DNA of 64,000 nt from Lama guanicoe (lineage: Eukaryota), in assembly GCA_013239625.1 (NCBI GenBank), contig MU055522.1, forward strand, positions 310,001-374,000, given 5' to 3'. Shown here piece after piece: positions 52,880 through 64,000 of this stretch. Numbering within the stretch: the stretch's first letter is position 1; each line of letters opens with the position of its first letter. The translations under genes and the position numbers were made by a program. The notes under the pieces were generated by a model. That model ran no database searches, was not told the DNA's origin, and saw only the letters and a program-made list of their open reading frames with translations.

Positions 52880-53120
52880 AGGGCTTTGGGAGGTTAGAAC
52901 AGGACTCCTCAGAAGCCCTGAGCTGAGATGGACAGGATAGGTGTGAGGTCGTCAGAGCAACAAGGGTGAGCTCCTCAGGGAACAGCGTGGCTGACTCCGT
53001 GCTGATGGGGGCAGGAAGCAAGGACTGATGGAGACAGTGGATGCAGTCTGTGTCTGAAGCACCATGATGATGGGCATATGAAACGAGGCTGGAGAGGGCA
53101 GGTCACACCTCAGGGGCTCC
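52880..53120 (-). mobile_element. L2 fragment
   Basis: ctgagctgagatgg...cagggaacagcgtg...gaaacgaggctggagagggcagg. Confidence 0.6.
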
Positions 53121-55823
53121 TTCCACACTCACCCCAACTCACTTGAACTCACCAACTACAAGGTGGAGTCTGGACTTCAGTTTAACAAATGATAAAAGTT
53201 GACTTGTTTCGTAAAGGGGTGCCTACTTATAGTTAAATATTTTTGACTAACTTGAGATTTCAAAATTAAACAGACACTTCCTCCAGGCCTGTGTAATTCT
53301 AGCAATGATTGAAAGCATTTGTTGTAGAAAATGATTGCACAGTAGTATGCTTCTGGAAACACAGTCACATTCCTGTTATTATGGGTCTTCAGTAACAACT
53401 GCCCCAAGTGGGCATCCTCTGTTCTTGGTAAGTCAACGAGGAAAAACAACAACAAGAAAAACTCCAGAGCAAGTGTCCATGCCAGTGAGGACATTCTGCC
53501 CCTTCTGCGATAGAAATGGTCCAATGTAATCACCTTGACCAGTGTAGTCAGCCTGGCTGGCTCATTTCCTCAGGGAATGATGCCATATCACGGGCTACTC
53601 TCCAGAAATCTTTGTCACCAATTTCCAATCGCATTTTTCCAAGTTCCTGTCTACCCATCCGTATCATTTGTCTCTCTGCCCATGTATCAGTACAATACTG
53701 TTTTTTGGCTGTTTCTTTTTACATGCATAAAAACGTATTCTGCTCGAAGTTGTGCCAACTGGGAGGATTTCCCTTCACCACTGTCCTTCAGGGCCTCCCA
53801 TAGTTAGACCATCGTGCTGAAACTATCCTTTTCTGAGTAGTGTCAATACACCTTGTGGAACCATCTGTACACCAGGCTGGAATCCCTTTTTCTCGAACAA
53901 CTCTATTGAGACCATAACTAAAACGTTGCTCATACAACTAACATGCCCCCTCAGGGCCCAATCAAGTCATAGTCTTCCTTCACTAACAAAGCTTGATAAC
54001 GAAATGTGGCAGTGTATATCTAATTTTGTGGCTTGATGGACGAATTATATCAGAATTTTTGACTCTGCAATGCATCATTAAAAACAGCTAGTTTTGAGAC
54101 ATATTTCCTGGAGCCTCTCTGGGCAGCATTTCCTTCTGCCTTCCTTAGCATGGGGTTCTCTAGTGTTTCATTTAATTTGCTTCATTGAAGAATAATCTCA
54201 GATTTTGAGTTGAAATTTAGGTCTGTCAGAGATAGATTTGCTCATGACAAAAATGTTATGGTCTTCATTACATTGCTTATAATAACTCCTTTTCATGGTC
54301 ACTGTCTAAACCAAGTGGAAGAATGGCTTCAATTTTCTTTCTAAGAGGCAGGCCAAGTTATTAACCTGACCATTGTTTCCAGAGGGTGAAAGTCAGCCAA
54401 CATCTGTCTTGTACTTATTTATTCACTCAGGTCTGCAGAGAAAGAGAATATCAAAAAAAAAAAGATTCTAGAACTTCAGGTGATACTCTTCAGAAAAATT
54501 TCCCATAATCTTTTAACAAAGAATTTTATTTCTTTCATTTTATTTTATAAAATAGCATGATTTTCAGGTTTTATACTCAGGCTATTACCGATTCTTGGTA
54601 GAAGTTTAGAGTATGCATTGTATGAGTGATCAAGTATATTTCAATATGGATTTTAATATGGATATTGATATAGTTATAAGACAGATGGGTATAGATATAT
54701 GACCCTTTATTTATATTGATTTCATCAAACATTACATTGATTTTTACATATTTTTCACAAAGCCTGAGAAAGCTTTCTAAAATCATTAATTACTGGTATA
54801 TATAATCTTTGCTATTTACCTTTATGTAAAAATACTAAAACTAACATCATCAGCATATTATATACATAGAAAAAGTTATATATCATTATACAAATGGATG
54901 TAAATATAATGGGTATGTATATATGTATTTTTTTGTTTGTATATACCTATGTATACATAAATTTAATGTAAATATTTTAAGTCAAACACTTGCTAGTTAA
55001 GAAACAAAATATTTTGTAATATATGATGATATTTTAAATACATATTTTTGTATTTAACACCTAAAATATTTAAAGTGTCAGTTTTATGAATATTCTTGAA
55101 GCAGAAGTGCAATTTAGTTTTTGGCAGATAATTTTTCAGAGGATTTTTTCTAAATTAGAGGCAGCCAAATGTCACTTACTCATTTTATTAGAGAATGAAA
55201 CCAATATGTAATCTAAAACCTGGCTTCAACCTTTAAAGTATTTAAATTCTTCTGTCATCAAATAGAAAAGCTGGTTCATTGAATTTTACCGTTTTTCATT
55301 CCTTTCTAAATGTAGATAATGATGAATTCTGAAATAGTGAAATGATAGGTAATTGAGAAAAGACTAAAAAAAGAGATTAAAATATTGAGTAATCTGTAAA
55401 CTGAATATTTGTCTAAGGGGTTCTCAATATCAAAAACAGAATTAACATAAAACAAGACACTCTTCATATAAGAGTTTAGACTAAAAGAATACAATGAGTT
55501 CTGAAGAGTTAATTTCAAAGAACGAGTTTGGTAACAAGTAAAATTAATTTGGTCTGTTTCTCCTTCTAGTCTCTCTTCAGTTAGATTATGAACAAAATCC
55601 TTCTCAATCATATGAAACTTTGGACATACTTTTTTCTAAAATGTTTGAAGTCTTTTAAAATAGAGAATCAGAGTTTACATAACTTCCAGCCAAGAGAAAT
55701 CATGAGTATCTGTTCAAAGAACAACAGAGATAATTGTAACAACTGTGTGTAGTTAGTTTATGACATTGGAGATTCACATTCTGTTTAGTTTATGTCCATT
55801 TTTCTGCTGACTCACTCTGAACC

Positions 55824-56039
55824 TGAGACTGGCAGGTAAAATGCTGGGCAGAGATAAATTTTAGTTTCAGATAAACAAAAAAATTATGCTTTAGTGTAAG
55901 TATATCCCAAATTTGCTTGGGATATACTTAACACTAACACATTACTTGTTGTTTGTCTGAAAATAAAACGTTAACTAAGCATCCTGCTTTTTGTTTTGTT
56001 TTGTTTTGTTTTTGTTTTTTACTAAATATGGACTATCTA
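55824..56039 (-). mobile_element. MER53 palindromic hAT MITE with internal (TTTTG)n expansion
   Basis: tttcagataaacaa...ttagtgtaagtatatcccaa-atttgc-ttgggatatactta-a-cactaa...ttgtttgtctgaaa. Confidence 0.9.
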
Positions 56040-57314
56040 AATCACAACTTTTCTTTTCAGACTATCAGAAGCATTCCTGAAAGTAAAGACACATAGCCTT
56101 GTCTTCTCTAATAGTTCTTAAGTTATGCATGCCCAGATTCCGGAAGCTGATTATCAGTTTACTGGGTTTCTCTCACAGGTATTCTTTCAAAAGAAACATA
56201 GCAGTACCAACACAACAAGAGTTTTCATCATATATAGCTTCAAAAATTATGCAGTTTTAGCAGAGTTTTCCGTATTAGACAGAGATGATCTTATTTGCAC
56301 ATGTGACAGTTGTTTTTTTTTTAACCACAGCTTATAAATATTTCCAATGTCTTTTCATTTAATTTAGTTTTCAAGGAAGCAGAACAGAGCTGAGAAGCAA
56401 CTAGAATCAACTGACAGGAGCAATTGTAAATGCTCTATATGGAGAAGAAACCCTTACCTCTGGATTGGTGTCAGCCTCTCACCAACTCAACTAGCTTCAC
56501 AAACTAGGTTATTAACGGTTGAAGCATTCATGATATTGAGTAATCTCAACAAATTTTGATAAGAAGTGAAGGTTGGAAGGTCATTCTGTAAAACTTTTGA
56601 CAGTTTTTTCTCTAAAACATTACACTGTGAGTTCCGTGGCAATATAATAAGCCATGTTTATTTCATCTAACCTAACCCAGGGAGTGCCTTTCAGCCGTTA
56701 CGCAGTTTTCTTTCAGAATCCCTGTGAAAAGTGATCACATTTTATTTCTACTGATTTTGATGGTTTTGTTCTGCATTCAGTACTTCAAACGCTTCCTAAA
56801 AATAGCAAAAGATACTTTCTGCAGTATAATTACCTGGGATGTCTTATATAAATGGTCTTAAAATAGGTCTCCAGTATGACTGTCTTCGAATCCTTTCTTT
56901 TCAACTTTTCATACAACATGTTCTGTGGAAAATTTCTTTTTATAATTAATTATGCCTTCATGACAAAAAACAGCAGGATATCTAAAAATGAGCAGGTTTT
57001 CTCATGAATTCTTGAATCATGTGGAATCAGTTTATCTCTGTTAAAATAGAACTTACTTTAGTAAAGAGACGTGTGCTAAAATATCCTTTGTGTCTTGTTT
57101 TCAAAACATTTCCTGAATAACGTTTTGTAAATTGAGATGTTATCTGTTCTATTTTTTTATTACATTTTTTCAATAGCCACTTGGTCATTAACCACTGTAA
57201 CACTGTATATGGCACACAATCTAAAGATTTCCTTACCTTAAATTCCACAAGTTAGACTTGATAGAACACAGCATGAAGACCCTCTCTTATTTTTATTATG
57301 AGGGATATATTTAA

Positions 57315-57530
57315 GTAGCAAACAGCACATGGGATTTAAAGTCTGACAATACTGGGTTTAAATCATAGTCTTAACATTTATAACTCTTCTGATTTGAGGG
57401 TATTTATCTAACTTTTCTGAGACTCCATTTTCTCACCCATAAAATGGGGCAATCATTCAAATTTAATAAATATTAAAGTCATTTAAAATATCAAGTGAAC
57501 TCACAGATACCCAATAAATAGTAGCATTAA
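57315..57530 (+). mobile_element. MIR SINE
   Basis: actgggtttaaatcatagtc...tctaacttttctgagactccattttctcacccataaaatgggg. Confidence 0.75.
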
Positions 57531-57711
57531 CTACATATGAACCTCAAGTATACTTTGCAGGCTGTTTAGTGGTCACCTGGTTAACGTATAAAAAATAGAC
57601 CAAAATGAGTCAAATTGAAATTACTTTATAAAACTGAAAATTCAGCCATCATTTATGGAACTATAACTGAAAATCCTACAATATGCCATGTTCCAGACTA
57701 AATTCTTCTGC

Positions 57712-59040
57712 TCTTTTGTGATGTGGATATATTTGAGTTTAGCCTACCTGGAGTGCATTTAGCTTCTTGGATTTGTAGATTAATATTTTTTGTCAACTTT
57801 GGAATTATTTAGTGAAGTATACTTTCCCGTTTCTTTCATTCCTCCCTTTCTGGAACTCCTATTGTGCGTATGTTGGTAAGCCTAATGTTGTCCCATAGGA
57901 CTCTGAGCCTCTGTTCATTTCTCTTCATTTACTTTTCATTCTTTTCCTCAGACTGAATAATATCACCTGAAGTATCTCCAGGTTTGCTGATTATTTCTTT
58001 TTTTAAAAAACTTTTTTATTGATTGATTGATTGAAGTATAGTCAGTTTAAGGGATAAACTGGGAGTTTGAAATTTGCAGATCCTAACTACTATAAATAAA
58101 ATAGGTAAGCAACAAGTTTCTTTTGCATAGCACAGGGAACTACATTCAATATCTCATAGTAACCAATAATAAAAAAGAACATGAAAACTGTTCCTTTTGT
58201 CTGTTTACACCTACTCTTGAGACTCTATTGTGGATTTTTCACTTCCATTATTATACTTTTCAACTCCAAAATTTCAGTTTTTGTTCTTTTTTATTATATC
58301 TATTTTGTATTGATATTCTCAAGTTGATGAAAACTTTCTTTTAGCTCTTTGGAAATAGTTTCTTTCAGCTCACTGGATATATTTAAAATAGCTAATTTGA
58401 GATCTTTGCCTAAAAAGTCCACAATCTGGGCTCCCTCTGGCACAGTTCCTATTGACTTATTTTTTCCTGTGTATGGGCCATATTTTCTTGTTTCTTCTCA
58501 TGGCTTGAAACTTTTTGTTTAAGTTAGCCATTTTAAATACAGTACTGTGGCAACACTGGAATCAGATTCTCTCCCTTTCCCTAGATTTATTGCTGTGGGT
58601 GAATATTTTAAATGTTGTTGTTTGTTTAGTTAGTGACTTTTCTGAGCTAATTCCACATAATCAGTATTCTCTGTCATCATGGCCCCTAAAGTCCCTGTTC
58701 TACTAGCTTAGTGGTCAGCTACACATTGGATGGATATTTCCTTAAATGCCAAGAATCAAAATGCCTATCAGTCATTACCTAGGACCTTGCGTATGTGCTG
58801 AGGCAAACCTTCAACACCCAGCTGGGCAGTTGGCAACTCTTTCATAGTCTTTCCTTCCTTCCTCCATGGAGCCTCAAGGTCAGCTGGAAGTTGTCCCTGA
58901 CGGTGTGTGTAGCCTTCTAGATTCCCACTAATGTGGAGATTTAAGAAAAATCTATGCATGTATTCTTCCCTAGGTTTTTGGTTATTTTTTATTTAATTAG
59001 CATGCCATTTGCACCCATTAGTATCTATTGCCTCAAGTAG
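57712..59040 (-). mobile_element. Old L1M (L1MC/MD-type) 5' region/ORF1 fragment
   Basis: gcttcttggatttgtagattaat...ttctggaactcctattgtgcgtatgttgg...atacttttcaactccaaaatttc...ggcaacactggaatcagattctc. Confidence 0.8.
57998..58187 (-). mobile_element. Camelid-type L1 3' UTR insertion with 5' inversion, nested in old L1M
   Basis: Antisense ttttttattgattgattgattgaagtatagtcagttta, then sense agggataaactgggagtttgaaatttgcaga...tagcacagggaactacattcaatatc...aaaagaacatgaaaa. Confidence 0.85.
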
Positions 59041-59524
59041 TAGCAACCTGATAAATTAGTGATCCATTTTGTTTTTTAGGAGAGGCGAGCTCTTCTTTTT
59101 TCCACTGTGACTACCTATCAGGACAGCCTCATTTAACTGACAATACACTTCTATTTTAACTTGTTGTCATTATGAATTTAAAAATAATGACCCAAGCTTA
59201 TGACAGAATTCATACACCTTTTCAACGTTCCCAGTGTGTCTATTTCTCTGTACATTTATAAGATCTTATAGTGACAACTTAAATGCCATAAATATAAGGC
59301 TATATTGAAGAGTGAATATTTTGAAGGAGATCTAGGAAGCTTATGTTATTTATCTGACATTAAGTGCCTACATATTTAGAACTTTTTAAACAATCATTAA
59401 AAATACTGTGATGCTTATGTACAAAATTTCTAAGATCATGGTTACTATTGGGTAGTCTTTTTAAATATGTGAGGATATCATTGGCATCTTGTTTGGAGTG
59501 AAATATTTTCTTTCTCTCCTCCCA

Positions 59525-60200
59525 ATGTTTGGTTATAAAATTTTGCTTAGATATAGAAAAGATTACAGAATGAACGGTACAGTGGATATTTATAAGCCCG
59601 CTACCCAGATTCAATATTTAGTATTTGTTAATATTTGATCTTCTCTCTCCATCTCTCTCTTTCTCTGTCTCTGCCTCATTGCCTTAGGGCTTTCTTCAGG
59701 GTCCCTGGAGGTCGCCTTGACCAGGGCAGTTGGCGCTGCTGGGATACAAGGGGTGGGGTATCAGTGTGAGCTGAGTGGTAAATGCCCTAATGTCTCTCTC
59801 TATCCCTTCGAGAGAAATTCAGTTATGTTTGGCATGGTATCTCAGTGCCTCCCCAGTGGAATCGTGCCTTTGTTCCCTGCAGCAGTAAGTTTATAATTAA
59901 CATAAATGTTACTGGCCTTCCTCCATTTCCTCAATTTTCCCTTTTTCTTACTTATGCTTCCTCCTATCACTTTGTAGATGAACTCCATGCACTCAAATTT
60001 TGTTTCAAGACTTGCTTTTGGAAGAGTTCTAAAATTAAGATAGTCAAATCGTTTCTTTATTGCATCATTTGACTTATTCCTTATCCCTTGTATTTCTTGC
60101 ACAGAGGAAGTCAGCTCCTGGAACTTGCTTAACTTCATGTTAAATATTTTGGTTAAAAAAATGTCATTTTCATACTGCATAGTATCAGATGATGTATGAT
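59525..60200 (-). mobile_element. L1MC5-like 3' fragment, interrupted by an LTR33-like element
   Basis: cccagattcaatatttagtatttgttaatatttg; resumes catcatttgacttattccttatcccttgtatttcttgcacagaggaagtcag. Confidence 0.55.
59690..60042 (+). mobile_element. LTR33-like ERVL LTR
   Basis: ccccagtggaat...tactggccttcctccatttcct...tgcactcaaattttgtttcaagacttgcttttggaagagttctaaaattaagata. Confidence 0.65.
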
Positions 60201-60849
60201 ACTTTCTCCAGTATCCACTATGTAAAATTTAACCCCTTGGTTACTAGATAAAATTCTGTAGGAAATTAAATAACTGCATGTATCCATATGAAAGAGATGA
60301 ATGTGAGACGAGCATTTGGTGGCTATTAATCATTAAGTGATAAGTATTGTTTACATACACATTTTCTATGGAAGATTTATTGGGCATCAGTGCTGCAAAT
60401 CCATCAAGATTTACTGAATCAAAAGGAGTCTAATTAAAGTTGCTTTTAGCTATTGGGGGAAAAAGAGGCCAAATTTTTATTGTTATTGTTGGAAAATGAA
60501 AAAGAAAAACATGAAGTAAGAATCTGTAAGTAATTAATAAGAGTCTAGTCTATTGTAATAGTAATATAATGCTAGTAGATATTTAGTAAAAGAAGTGAAA
60601 ATAGAACTTCTGAAATAATACATTGTATGTGTGTGAAAAAAATAACATTGTTTGCAGTGCTCTTTTTTTCTTGTTTTTATGTTTATTATTTTTCAGGGCT
60701 TATAGAAAGATTGCATTTTCCAGGAGTCCTAGTGGATCCATGGGGCTAATGACTGTGCTCTCAAAAAGGAGGTTGGGTCTGTCACCCACTGAGCTGGTCC
60801 TTTAAACTTCCGTCTACGGCTTTTACAACTGTCACTCTTCTTTCCTGCT

Positions 60850-61062
60850 GGTTCCAAGTAGAGGATCCAGGGGAGGAGACTACAGTGTAGAAACTGAGCA
60901 GTTCCTGGATTTAAGGAGTTTAAAATCCCTGCTGAAGCTCCACCCCACTCCATCACTGGCCCTTACTGGAATGAGAAGTAAATTAGGACCAAAACTGCAT
61001 TTGTTAAGCCACTGACATTTTGAAATTATTGTTATAGCAGTTAGCATTCTTTAACCAATTCA
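60850..61062 (+). mobile_element. Old MLT1 (I/J-like) LTR 3' end
   Basis: ttgttaagccactgacattttgaaattattgttatagcagttagcattctttaaccaattca. Confidence 0.65.
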
Positions 61063-63589
61063 GTGGGGGAAACAAAGGGAAGGAAAATGTGTGACACGGA
61101 TGATTTTATGGAAAGTAACTTACCACCTGGAAGAGGGATTTAAACAAAAGCAAATATTCACCCATACTAAGAAAGACGCCCTCGGCTCTAGAGTCTAACA
61201 CAGAATTTGACTTATTGAACCATTTATATCAGAGCAAGGTTGCATTCTAAAGTGAATAATGGACAATGAGATTGACATTTATGCCCTCAAATACTATTTC
61301 ACACTTGGAGACCTCGGAGAATGGCTTTTCAGTGGTCAATGCCTGGATCCCATTCCAAAGCATAGAACATACCATTTGTCCATTGGTTAGTGTCATTGAT
61401 CAGTGTTACTGAACCGTCAATGTATCTCTGTCATCATGATAAATCATTTTACTGGAAATTGTTCCAATTAGACTTATAAGAAATAAATCAATTTCACCCT
61501 GAACTACCCGATTAGGAGATGTTTCAGAGACACACTATCATCTATATAGATAGATACTGATGTCTATATCAATGTATCTGTATATTTCTATCTATACACT
61601 TCAACGTCTCTGTATTTGGAATGCTAGTACGCTGCTTCCAAAATAAATATCTTGTCACTTGTGACCGATTTTTATGTTATAGAGTACAAAAAAGATCATC
61701 AATCTGAATCAGGTTAACTGAGCCATGAAATAAGGCTAGCATGAGGTTTTGGAAGAGTGTACTTCCAGAATTCCTTCAGAGACTCACCATTTAATATCTG
61801 AAGAAAAACTTACAATGATCCTGGGGTTTAAAAATAATTAATAGTAATTAGTAATTTGTAACTGACCACACTGGTTTATAGCTTCATATCTCCAATACCT
61901 ATACCTTTTTTTTTTCAATTCTCAGTACTACAATGCTCTTTTCACAGTCCTAATGGGATTATAAATTTTCTTTGCTTGTCTTCACCTATTAACCTTTTAC
62001 ATGCTTTTTCTAAACATCTAAACTAGGTCTGCTTAGATGAGATGACAGTACTAAGTAATACTGAAGCTAGTTATTGATATAGTATTCAAATATTAACTGT
62101 GATTTTTCAACTCTTTTATTAAAAATAAGTACCATGAACATCTTAATTTCATTCATGGCAAATATATTGAATAAACAATTGACTATCATTACCTGAAATG
62201 TTCCTTTGTAATTTGTTACAGTTGTTCCCGATGTTTAGAATTTTAATACAGACCTCTTAGGAAAGTTTGGCTGTGTGACAAGTATCATATACTTTGTCCT
62301 AAGCGGTCTTGAAATGATTCAGATCCCTGCTTGGTGCACAATGATACACATGACTTAAAATGGTCGGTTGGTCCTTCCTGGGAGATGACTGGTCATGTCT
62401 TTTAAGTTCCCCTAAATAAGCACAAGCAATGGGGACATTCTTTTGGATGGAATCCAACTGAAAATAGGTGTAGAGTACCGCCTGGAGAAATGAGTTTGTC
62501 TTTTCCTTGTTTTTTTTTTTAATTGCAGACTGGCACAAGTGATAAAACATGAATGAAAAGGCAGGCTGAAATATGTAACATAGGGGAAAAGATCCAGTTC
62601 CTTCATTTCTCATCACACATGCAGAGACATGAATGGAGACCCACCCCACCCCTAAACGTAAGCAAGAATTTGGTGCATTCAAAGAGGTCTTTCCCAAGAC
62701 ATTTGGGACTCATTCCATGAAGTTCAGAGTCAAGGGACAATTCATGAAGCCATCTACAACTGACCCAGCATGCTTGGAGGGCCCACCAGCTCCTGCTGCC
62801 CTGGCTTGGATTTGCAGCTTCCTGTTGTTAGCAGTGGTGCTGACCAGAGCCCAGTAGCACATGTGGTCTGCTGGAGATCAGAGGATAAGGGAGCAGGAGG
62901 GAAAAGCAGTCGCCAGCAGGCTGGCTGGAGGTGAGTGATTTCCTTTACGCTGTAATCAGAGGGTGAAATCTGTCACACCAAAGTGGCTGAGGCTGTGAGA
63001 AACTAATGACAAAGGGGTGGCAAAGAATTTCTCAGCTAGCATAATTATATTTTCTCAGAAAAAAGATCAATGGAAAGTGGATACAAACAACTGGTTTCAT
63101 TATTAAAAGTCTGTCTTCGGGCCAGATACAATTATTTTCTGTAAGTAGCAGAGAAGATTGCCATTTCCTGTAAAACAGCCTTGCAGATGGGTTAAAAAAA
63201 AAGTATCAGTCTGAAAAAATTCACATGTCCTTCCCACATTTATCAATGTCACTTGAGTAGCTTTTCTTAGGCTTTTCCCACACTCATCAATGCCATAATG
63301 ATACTACAATGAACTAGAGTAGCCTTAAGATGCTGAGTACCAATTCGACAACTCATATTTTACATTGCTTCTAATGATGCTAGCTAGTGTCTTTTCCAAA
63401 GCCATTTATTCTAGATATATCAGCATTACCTGATTTTTTATTGCATACATTAGCCCAGTTATTTCCTTATAATAAAATTTGTTTCTCACAGAGAACTCAC
63501 TTTTATGGAAAGATATAAAGAGGATGGTATTTCTGTTTATTATCTCTCATTAACCTAAAATTCAAGCTGGACGGAGGAGTAAGAAAGTG

Positions 63590-63740
63590 TGTCTCTGTAG
63601 GGTTTTGTTTCACTCCTGCTAACCCTTTACATGGCCTTAGGCAAGTCATTTGATCTAAAGAACTTTGGTTTTGAAGATACGAGATCTAAAACAGAGACTT
63701 TTGAGTTTTCTTGCTATTGTAAAATTCCAGGATAATGTGA
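63590..63740 (+). mobile_element. MIR/MIR3 fragment
   Basis: tggccttaggcaagtcatttga...taaaattccaggataatgtga. Confidence 0.5.
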
Positions 63741-64000
63741 TCTAACCTAATTTATTGAATATGCAGATACACATAAGAAAAATAATCACTTTACACTGAC
63801 ACTCACTTCTTTCTAGGTAATTAGTCATACTTTCAAAATTCTCAATGACACGAGTGTTAGCAAGGAGTTATGTTTGAACAATTTACAATCACATTTTTGA
63901 ATAAGGATTTAAATTTTTATACTGGATTAGTTTTAGGTTTCAGCTTATTTTAGAAAGTTTTAACAGACTTTCACAACATAGTACTGGCATATTATTGTAA

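Noticed and set aside
56459-56586. Minus-strand exon with strong GAG|GTAAGG donor
   Set aside because: Stops in all three frames, weak acceptor and no supporting partner exon
1-64000. Novel multi-gene system (operon, CRISPR, defence island, viral insert, numt)
   Set aside because: No long ORFs, repeat-spacer arrays, gag/pol/env or mitochondrial-like sequence; content is typical eutherian non-coding DNA

Overview
This is AT-rich eutherian non-coding DNA, most likely from a camelid (alpaca, llama or camel). The species call rests on a tRNA-Ala(AGC)-derived Vic-1-type SINE at 42003-42123, camelid/artiodactyl-type L1 3' ends, and no recognisable Alu, Bov-tA/BovB, PRE-1 or Can-SINE. I found no protein-coding gene, real tRNA/rRNA gene, CRISPR array or CpG-island promoter. 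The ORF track is chance ORFs, except 42456-42902(-), which reads through the Tigger transposase N-terminal remnant of a MER82 element. The window is a layered transposon fossil record: MIR, L2, MaLR/ERVL LTRs, MER5A, MER58A, MER103C, MER53, MER82, old L1M pieces and three younger L1 3' tails, with several nested insertions. L1 and LTR elements lie on both strands without clear bias, which weakly favours intergenic over intronic. The most interesting signals are a MER53 hairpin (the miR-1302 source family) whose arms appear to share compensatory changes, a dense OTX/CRX-type TAATC(C/T) plus nuclear-receptor motif cluster at ~34.2-34.6 kb, two 5'-inverted (twin-primed) L1 insertions, and focal CpG-rich micro-patches. 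I cannot support a new multi-gene system here. Repeat families were assigned from remembered consensus sequences, not an alignment; boundaries are approximate unless TSDs or TIRs are quoted.
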